Assembly (NCBI GenBank): GCA_900769615.1
Contig: CAAGHH010000001.1
Span: 6,061-70,060 of the forward strand
Reading direction: 5' to 3'
Source: Selenomonadales bacterium
GTDB lineage: Bacteria > Bacillota > Negativicutes > Selenomonadales > Selenomonadaceae
Length of the DNA: 64,000 nt
The translations under genes and the position numbers were made by a program. Below are positions 57,833 through 64,000 of this stretch, piece by piece; positions within the stretch are counted from its first letter, which is position 1; each line of letters starts with the position of its first letter. The notes beneath the pieces are model-generated. The model ran no database searches and had not been told where the DNA came from. It worked only from the letters and a program-made list of their open reading frames with translations.

Positions 57833-58626
57833 AGCCAAATTTAAAATATCAATTGCTGACAGCATTAGGGCTGCTGGCAATTTTGCTGATAAGTCCTGTT
57901 TATTTACCAGATCCTTATATGCAAGATCTTAATAACGCGTTAATAGCTCCCAATATGATGCATTTTGGTGGCACTGACCGTTATGGGCGTGACGTGCTGG
58001 CTAGAGTAATAGCCGGGACTAAGGTTACGGTGATTAGTGCGTTTTTTTTATTGCTGCTATTGACCATTGTGGGCACTTTTTTAGGCTTGTTAGCAGGATT
58101 TAAAGGTGGCAGGCTGGATACTGTAATTATGCGTTTAACGGATATTTTTTTGGCTTTTCCAGAGATGGTGCTGGCAATAGCAGTGGCTGGTGTATTGGGG
58201 GGAGGCATTTATGCAGCTATGCTGGCCGTAGGAATTATTGGCTGGACACGCTATGCAAGGCTGGCAAGGTCTTTAGTAATTGCTGTAAAAAATGAACCAT
58301 ATATAGCTGAGGCTAAAATGAGTGGCACGAATACTTTTAAAATAATACAAGAGCATATTTTGCCTAATATAGCGGGTCCTATATTGGTGACAGCAGCACT
58401 CCATAGCGGGACGCTGATAATGGAGCTTGCAGGCTTGTCATTTTTAGGACTAGGAGTTATGCCGCCAGCTGCTGAACTAGGGGCAATGCTAAATGATGGC
58501 CGCAGTGTGCTGCAACAGGCGCCGTGGCTTACCTTAGCACCGGGAATGGCTATATTTATAATCGTAGCTATGACTAATAGTACAGCTGATGCGATGCGGG
58601 ATTATTTTGATAAACGCAGCAGCTAA
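57829..58626 (+). CDS. ABC transporter permease (DppC/NikC-type)
   Basis: Permease fold. A 4-nt overlap joins it to the upstream permease gene. Confidence 0.8.
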   Translation: MKPNLKYQLLTALGLLAILLISPVYLPDPYMQDLNNALIAPNMMHFGGTDRYGRDVLARVIAGTKVTVISAFFLLLLLTIVGTFLGLLAGFKGGRLDTVIMRLTDIFLAFPEMVLAIAVAGVLGGGIYAAMLAVGIIGWTRYARLARSLVIAVKNEPYIAEAKMSGTNTFKIIQEHILPNIAGPILVTAALHSGTLIMELAGLSFLGLGVMPPAAELGAMLNDGRSVLQQAPWLTLAPGMAIFIIVAMTNSTADAMRDYFDKRSS

Positions 58627-58649
58627 GTATAAATAAGCAGGGAGAAATA

Positions 58650-60191
58650 TTGATGGTAAAAATAAAGAAGTTAACAATGTGGCTGTTACTAATAGTGACC
58701 TTATTTAGCACAGGCTGCGGGCGGCAGAGTGAAGATGCTAAAGATGTTTTTACCTATGGAACTATGGCGTATGGACCGGCTATGGGAAATGCCGGGACGA
58801 ATCCGCATACTGGTTATAGTGGCTGGAGCACTTTGCGTTATGGTATAGGTGAAACATTATTTAAATTTAATGATGCTATGCAAGCTGTACCGTGGCTGGC
58901 AAAAGCCTGCACTAATATTGATGATTACACGGTTAAGATAGATTTACGGGATGATGTTTATTTTTCTAATGGCAAAAAGGTTACGGGTGAAGCTGTCAAA
59001 GCGTGTTTAGAAGATTTAATAGCGAAAAATGCCCGAGCTAAGCAGGACTTAAAATTGGCAGGCATTGAAGCTGATGGTCAGAGCGTGGTTTTAAAGCTGG
59101 AGCAAAAAGTACCAGCCATAATTAACTATTTAGCAGATCCTTATGCTTGTATAATTGATATGGAGGCTGGTGAAAATAATCATATCGTAACAGGAACTGG
59201 ACCATATATACCAGTAACAGTAACTGATAAAGAGATTGTGCTCAAAAAAAATGATAATTATTGGGGTGAAAACAAACCCAAGCTGGCTAAAATTATTGTC
59301 AAAGGCATAAGCGATGGTAATACGCTGACGCTGGCGATGCAAAGTGGTGAACTTGATGCGGTGCAGGGACTGCCTTATGCCAGTTTGGATTTATTTCAGA
59401 ATAAAGCTGAGTATCAGCTAAGCACAGCCGATACGTCAAGAATTTATCAGATAGCGTTTAATTTTAAGAATCCAGTGCTGCAGGATTTACGGGTAAGAAG
59501 AGCTATTGCAATATCAATAGATAAAGCAGGTTTTGCTGGCGTGTTATTGCATGGACAGGGAACACCTGCTAAAGGACCATTTCCAAGTTCATTGCCTTTT
59601 GGTGACAGCAAAAGGCAAGCTGCAACTTATGATTTAGCTGCGGCGAAGAATTTATTAAAAGAAGCTGGTTATGTTGATAGTGATGGTGATGGCATAGTGG
59701 AAAAAGCTGGTAAACCACTAAAACTGCGTTACTTAACGTATACATCCAGGCAGGAACTTCCATTGCTGGCCGAAGCCGTGCAGGCTGATTTAAAGAAAAT
59801 TGGTATTGCGGTAGCAGTTAATGCTACGGATAATTTTAAAGATTTTCGGGATAATGGTGAATTTGATTTATATGCTAATGCTTTTGTTACGGCACCGACT
59901 GGCGATCCGGAATATTATTTTTTAACGCATTTTGGTAAAAATGCACCAGCAAATTATGGTCATTATCAAAATGAAGAATTAACGGCTAAGCTAAATGAGC
60001 TTGCAACAACTTACGATACTAAAAAACGGGCTGATTTAGCGGCCTTTATGGGACAAATGCTGGCAATTGATGTACCGTATGTCTATGTTGCCCGCTTGCG
60101 AATGACATTAGTAATGAAAAATAATATAAAAGGATTAAAGGCTCACCCTTCGGATTATTATGAAATAACACCGGAACTTAGCAAAGAGTGA
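58650..60191 (+). CDS. ABC transporter substrate-binding lipoprotein (family 5; peptide/nickel)
   Basis: Lipoprotein signal LFSTGCG. At 513 aa it has SBP family 5 size and context. Confidence 0.75.
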   Translation: MMVKIKKLTMWLLLIVTLFSTGCGRQSEDAKDVFTYGTMAYGPAMGNAGTNPHTGYSGWSTLRYGIGETLFKFNDAMQAVPWLAKACTNIDDYTVKIDLRDDVYFSNGKKVTGEAVKACLEDLIAKNARAKQDLKLAGIEADGQSVVLKLEQKVPAIINYLADPYACIIDMEAGENNHIVTGTGPYIPVTVTDKEIVLKKNDNYWGENKPKLAKIIVKGISDGNTLTLAMQSGELDAVQGLPYASLDLFQNKAEYQLSTADTSRIYQIAFNFKNPVLQDLRVRRAIAISIDKAGFAGVLLHGQGTPAKGPFPSSLPFGDSKRQAATYDLAAAKNLLKEAGYVDSDGDGIVEKAGKPLKLRYLTYTSRQELPLLAEAVQADLKKIGIAVAVNATDNFKDFRDNGEFDLYANAFVTAPTGDPEYYFLTHFGKNAPANYGHYQNEELTAKLNELATTYDTKKRADLAAFMGQMLAIDVPYVYVARLRMTLVMKNNIKGLKAHPSDYYEITPELSKE

Positions 60192-60195
60192 TGAG

Positions 60196-60906
60196 ATGAA
60201 TTTTAATGATGAGATTTTGACAATCGAACAGTTGCAGATAAAATATGGTACCAGGTCAATATTAAAGGATATATCACTTAGCATACATGCTGGCGAAATC
60301 GTTGCGGTTATGGGCAAGTCAGGCAGTGGCAAAAGCACTTTGCTGAGGGCAATAATGGGATTACTGCCACTAAATATGTCAATAGCTGGCACGATAAATT
60401 TTCAAGGGGAATCGCTATTAACCTTAAGTAAGGCGAAATATCGAAAATTGCGTGGCGAAGAAATAGCTTGTTTATGGCAAAATGCTATTGATACCTTTTG
60501 TCCTTGGCGGACATTAGGAGAGCAATTTAGCGAAATACTCAAGGCGCACGTTAATCCGTTAAAGCTGACAGCTGAAGAATTTGACAATTATATAGCAGAA
60601 TTAGCAGCCAGTTTTAAATTGCCGGCAAATATCAGCAGCTATTACCCAACGGCACTTTCAGGAGGTATGGGAGCGCGAGCTGGTTTTTTAGCGGCAATGC
60701 TTCTTAAACCGTCACTTATACTAGCTGATGAACCGGCGGCAGCCTTAGATACGGTAAGCAGTTTACAATTAGCTAATAATTTGCGTACAATGTCAAAAGA
60801 AAACAATGTTAGTGTGATTTTAGTAACCCATGATAAGGCTTTGGCAAGTTATACCGGTGCTCGTTTGCTGACGCTGGTTGATGGCAGGCTAATAGAAGCT
60901 GATTGA
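60196..60906 (+). CDS. ABC transporter ATP-binding protein
   Basis: Walker A GKSGSGKST, a signature-like LSGGMGAR and Walker B LILADEP. Confidence 0.8.
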   Translation: MNFNDEILTIEQLQIKYGTRSILKDISLSIHAGEIVAVMGKSGSGKSTLLRAIMGLLPLNMSIAGTINFQGESLLTLSKAKYRKLRGEEIACLWQNAIDTFCPWRTLGEQFSEILKAHVNPLKLTAEEFDNYIAELAASFKLPANISSYYPTALSGGMGARAGFLAAMLLKPSLILADEPAAALDTVSSLQLANNLRTMSKENNVSVILVTHDKALASYTGARLLTLVDGRLIEAD

Positions 60907-60916
60907 GGATAATAAT

Positions 60917-61681
60917 ATGGATAATTGCCTGGAGCTTAGACAAATATATAAAACGTATATGGCTGGTGAAAAAAAACAACTGGCATTGCAAGCGATAAAT
61001 TTAAGCTTGGAACCAGGAAAATGCTTAGGACTTATTGGCAAGAGCGGCTGTGGTAAAACTACGCTATTAAAGCTGATTGCACGTCTGATAAATGCTGATA
61101 GTGGTGAGATTTATTGGCAGGGAGAAAATATTACGACTTGGCGCAAAAAAAAATTGCGTCCGTTTTATAATGACTTGCGTTTTATTGGTCAGAATCCGTT
61201 AGCAGCGTTTAACCCGCGGCGGACCATTAGCTGGAGTATTGGCGAGCGTCTTAGAGCCAATAATTATTCTTCGCGGGATGTTATTAATCGTATACAGGAG
61301 GTTTTGGCTATGGTCAAGCTGCCGGCAGCCTATGCTGATTTTTATCCGCATGAACTAAGCGGCGGTGAATGTCAGCGGGCGGCTATCGCTAGAGCGTTAG
61401 TCATAAAACCCAAGCTGTTATTATGTGATGAGGTTACTAGTGCGCTTGATAAAACTAACAAGGTCAGCATAACAAAATTATTGCGAAAGCTGGTAACAGA
61501 GCAAAATGTCAGTTGTTTGTTTGTTACCCATAACGTAAACAGCTTACAGGATATGGCTGACATGATAGCGGTAATGGATAACGGACAAATAGTTGAATAT
61601 GGAACAGCAGCCAGGATAATGGAAAATCCTCAGTCAGCAGCTGCGAAAGCTTTAGTTACAGCAGCAAAAATCCTAAAATAA
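60917..61681 (+). CDS. ABC transporter ATP-binding protein
   Basis: Walker A GKSGCGKTT, signature LSGGECQR and Walker B LLLCDE. Confidence 0.85.
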   Translation: MDNCLELRQIYKTYMAGEKKQLALQAINLSLEPGKCLGLIGKSGCGKTTLLKLIARLINADSGEIYWQGENITTWRKKKLRPFYNDLRFIGQNPLAAFNPRRTISWSIGERLRANNYSSRDVINRIQEVLAMVKLPAAYADFYPHELSGGECQRAAIARALVIKPKLLLCDEVTSALDKTNKVSITKLLRKLVTEQNVSCLFVTHNVNSLQDMADMIAVMDNGQIVEYGTAARIMENPQSAAAKALVTAAKILK

Positions 61682-61689
61682 ACACAAAT

Positions 61690-61735
61690 AAAAACGGGAG
61701 TCAGCGAAAACTGATTCCCGTTTTTATTTGTTTAA
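61690..61735. terminator. Bidirectional terminator between the ABC operon and the MCP gene
   Basis: aaaaacgggagtcag..ctgattcccgttttt. Confidence 0.7.
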
Positions 61736-61740
61736 TTAGT

Positions 61741-62100
61741 CAGCTCAAACTTTAAAGCTGTTAACGTCTTCGTTGAGTTTTTGAGCGATTTCAGCGAGGT
61801 TTTGGCTAGCTGAAGCAATTTCTTCCATAGAAGCCGATTGTTCTTCAGTAGCTGCTGATACAGTTTGTGTTTGGTCAGCAACTTTTTTGGATGCTTGCTC
61901 AACATTTTGGATAGCATTCGTTACATTAGTCGAAGCTTTGGCAACTTCTTCAGTAGTCTGAGCAATGCCTTTTACTTGTTTAGCTACACCATTGTTAAGT
62001 TCGATAATGTGATTAAAGGCAATTCCGGATTTTTTGACAATAGCAGAACCCTTTTTGACCTCACTTGTGCCGGCATTCATTGACTGAACGGCATTTTCTG
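61741..62100. repeat. MCP 3'-end repeat, copy 1; copy 2 lies at 63643-64000
   Basis: A long near-identical stretch (tcaaactttaaagctgttaacgtcttcgttgagttttt..gcgatttcagcgag...) is shared by the two MCP genes. Confidence 0.8.
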
Positions 62101-63439
62101 TCTGTGACTGAATAGTGCCAATGAGATTGGCAATCTTTTCGGCAGCTTCCTGCGATTCAGCAGCAAGCTTACGGACTTCTTCGGCGACTACGGCAAAGCC
62201 ACGGCCCTGGTCGCCGGCTCTGGCAGCTTCAATAGCGGCATTGAGGGCGAGCAGGTTAGTCTGCTCAGCGATGCCGGTTATAGTTTCGACAATCATACCG
62301 ATTTCTTTGGAATGTTCACCTAATTCATTTACAACAGCAGCTGATTCACTGACAACTTTTTCAATGGACTCCATTTGTGAAATAGCGGTTCTTATGGAAT
62401 CTCCGCCGTCACCAGCTTCTTTTGAGGCGGCTTCAGCATTTGAGCTGGCGATGTTAGCGTTGCTGGCAATTTCTTCAATATTGGCTGATATTTGCTTAAC
62501 AGCAGAGACAGTTGTATTAACAGAATCACTTTGCTGTTCATTCATAGCGGCAACATCACTGATGGACTGTGCGATGTTATTAGTAACCTGTGCCGACTGA
62601 TCTGAGCTGGCGGTTAGCTCCTGAGAAGATGAAGCAACCGTTTCAGATGACTGGTGGATATCCTTTAATAAATTATTAACATTTTCCCGCATAGCAGCTA
62701 ATGAATCAGCTAAAGCGCCAAATTCGTCATTTTTGGTAAATGTACGTGGCGTGATTCTGAAATCGCCATCACGCAATTTATTTAAAGCTGTCTGAATGAT
62801 TTGCAAAGAATTATTGATGTAGTGGCTAAGCTTATAGGCAATTATCACGGAAGAAGTCAGCATGATTATCAAAATAATAATGCTGAGCATAATAGCACGC
62901 TCTTTGACAGTTTCGCTGACTTCAGCGTTGGTATTTGCCGCCTGATTATTTATCGTGCGTAATTCATCTAATGCGTCAAAAGCAAGATCATAACTTTCTT
63001 TTGTTTTATTGGTATATATAGCAGAATTATTAATATCATTCTGTTTACTGATAGCTATGAATTCTTTTGATTGTTGTTTATATGAATTCCAGTAATCTTG
63101 GAATTGTAAAACTTTATCTTTGTAGGACGTTATTTTCAAATATTGTTCAATATTATTATCAATATCTTTTTCAGTGGTATTGAGCTCTTTTTCTAAACTA
63201 GCCTGTTTTTGAGGATCCGTCGATATAACATGCTCTAATTGTATCCGCCGATATTCAGACAAATCGCGACTGGTAATTGCTATGAGCGACATAAGGGGGA
63301 CGGTTTTTGAATTTAACGTATCTAAATGTGAATTAATATTTCTTATGCTAAAAAGTCCAAAGATACCCATAATAATTGATAAAATAACAATTGCAGAAAA
63401 AGAAGCAAATAATTTTTTCTTTACATTCATAAATATCAT
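61745..63439 (-). CDS. Methyl-accepting chemotaxis protein
   Basis: N-terminal TM segment, a helical sensor, a second TM segment, a HAMP domain and an MA signalling domain with the conserved hairpin (..[30 protein letters not shown]..). Confidence 0.9.
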   Translation of the reverse strand: MIFMNVKKKLFASFSAIVILSIIMGIFGLFSIRNINSHLDTLNSKTVPLMSLIAITSRDLSEYRRIQLEHVISTDPQKQASLEKELNTTEKDIDNNIEQYLKITSYKDKVLQFQDYWNSYKQQSKEFIAISKQNDINNSAIYTNKTKESYDLAFDALDELRTINNQAANTNAEVSETVKERAIMLSIIILIIMLTSSVIIAYKLSHYINNSLQIIQTALNKLRDGDFRITPRTFTKNDEFGALADSLAAMRENVNNLLKDIHQSSETVASSSQELTASSDQSAQVTNNIAQSISDVAAMNEQQSDSVNTTVSAVKQISANIEEIASNANIASSNAEAASKEAGDGGDSIRTAISQMESIEKVVSESAAVVNELGEHSKEIGMIVETITGIAEQTNLLALNAAIEAARAGDQGRGFAVVAEEVRKLAAESQEAAEKIANLIGTIQSQTENAVQSMNAGTSEVKKGSAIVKKSGIAFNHIIELNNGVAKQVKGIAQTTEEVAKASTNVTNAIQNVEQASKKVADQTQTVSAATEEQSASMEEIASASQNLAEIAQKLNEDVNSFKV

Positions 63440-63648
63440 TCCTCCCAGCTATCCCTATCCTAACTATCCCGAATATATATATATCATGGGTCTTATTATG
63501 TCAATACTATATTAATGATAAATTTGCAGTATATTGATGAGAAAAATGCAAAAAAAAAACGACAGCTGCAAATAATTGCTGCTGCCGTCAGGTGGATTTT
63601 ATAGGGCGTATTAATGCTCGGGTTTATTTAGCATGAAGTTTAATCACC

Positions 63649-64000
63649 TCAAACTTTAAAGCTGTTAACGTCTTCGTTGAGTTTTTGGGCGATTTCAGCG
63701 AGATTTCGGCTAGCCGAAGCAATTTCTTCCATAGAAGCCGATTGTTCTTCGGTAGCTGCCGATACAGTCTGGGTCTGATCAGATACGTTTTTAGATGCCT
63801 GCTCGACATTTTGTACTGAGGAGATAACATCAGTCGAGGCTTTAGCAGCTTCTTCAGTTGTCTGCGCAATACCTTTTACCTGCTGGGCAACATTATTGTT
63901 AAGTTCAATGATACGCTTAAAGGCGGTACCGGATTCTTTTACGACTTCAGCACCTTTTTGAACTTCAATGGTGCCGGCATTCATTGACTGAACGGCATTT
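63649..64000 (-). CDS. Methyl-accepting chemotaxis protein, C-terminal part; the gene continues beyond the window
   Basis: The C-terminal MA domain is about 90% identical at nucleotide level to the 3' end of the neighbouring MCP gene. Confidence 0.85.
   Translation of the reverse strand, partial: NAVQSMNAGTIEVQKGAEVVKESGTAFKRIIELNNNVAQQVKGIAQTTEEAAKASTDVISSVQNVEQASKNVSDQTQTVSAATEEQSASMEEIASASRNLAEIAQKLNEDVNSFKV

Noticed and set aside
62115-62600. 161-aa plus-strand ORF inside the MCP gene
   Set aside because: It is antisense to the MCP MA domain, with the Ala/Ser-rich composition typical of reverse-frame artefacts.
1-64000. CRISPR arrays and rRNA or tRNA genes
   Set aside because: No regularly spaced direct repeats and no tRNA-like cloverleaf candidates were seen. 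The short tandem-ish ctatccc units near 63450-63475 are too few and irregular.

Overview
This is a 64-kb chromosomal window from a low-GC Firmicute. It is probably a diderm, Negativicutes-like organism: the fab cluster is FabK-type, there is an AcrAB-like RND pump with a lipoprotein adaptor, a large protein ends in a C-terminal Phe beta-barrel signature, and there are several MCP paralogs. Core genes run left to right on the + strand unless marked. They are plsX(3' part)-fabH-fabK-fabD-fabG-acpP-(second FabK/NMO paralog)-fabF-rnc-MBL hydrolase, then marR(-) with the RND adaptor and AcrB-like pump, recA-recX and guaA. Directly after the guaA stop lies a ~7.4-kb AT-rich, decayed integrative element (17053-24486). 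It is bounded by an imperfect 12-bp direct repeat, and a displaced guaA 3' remnant plus terminator sits at its right end. The element carries a stop-interrupted XRE regulator, relaxase-like fragments, tnpV and a stop-interrupted EcsC-like gene. It also carries an intact gamma-class N6-adenine MTase with an overlapping REase (PstI/BsuBI-sized). Behind these is a tightly packed TIR-like, 4-TM, TIR-like gene trio. This trio is the best candidate for an undescribed Thoeris-like defense module. Downstream are marR (behind a 56-bp perfect palindrome that overlaps a consensus promoter), an HlyD adaptor, an ABC-2 permease and uspA. Next come a translationally coupled DUF2225-hypothetical-DUF4127 trio, a small unannotated ORF and a GGDEF cyclase. 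serC(-) and serA are divergent, and serA has a consensus promoter plus a T-box leader. Then come comEA-comEC, a UvrD-type helicase with a DnaQ exonuclease inserted between its helicase motifs, gdhA and holA. A Gram-positive-style pel-like exopolysaccharide cluster follows (pelD/E/A/F/G-like), with a candidate outer-membrane beta-barrel protein and a GH114 hydrolase. The window ends with an MFS transporter(-), a peptide/nickel ABC transporter and two MCP genes(-) that share near-identical 3' ends. No rRNA, tRNA or CRISPR array was seen.
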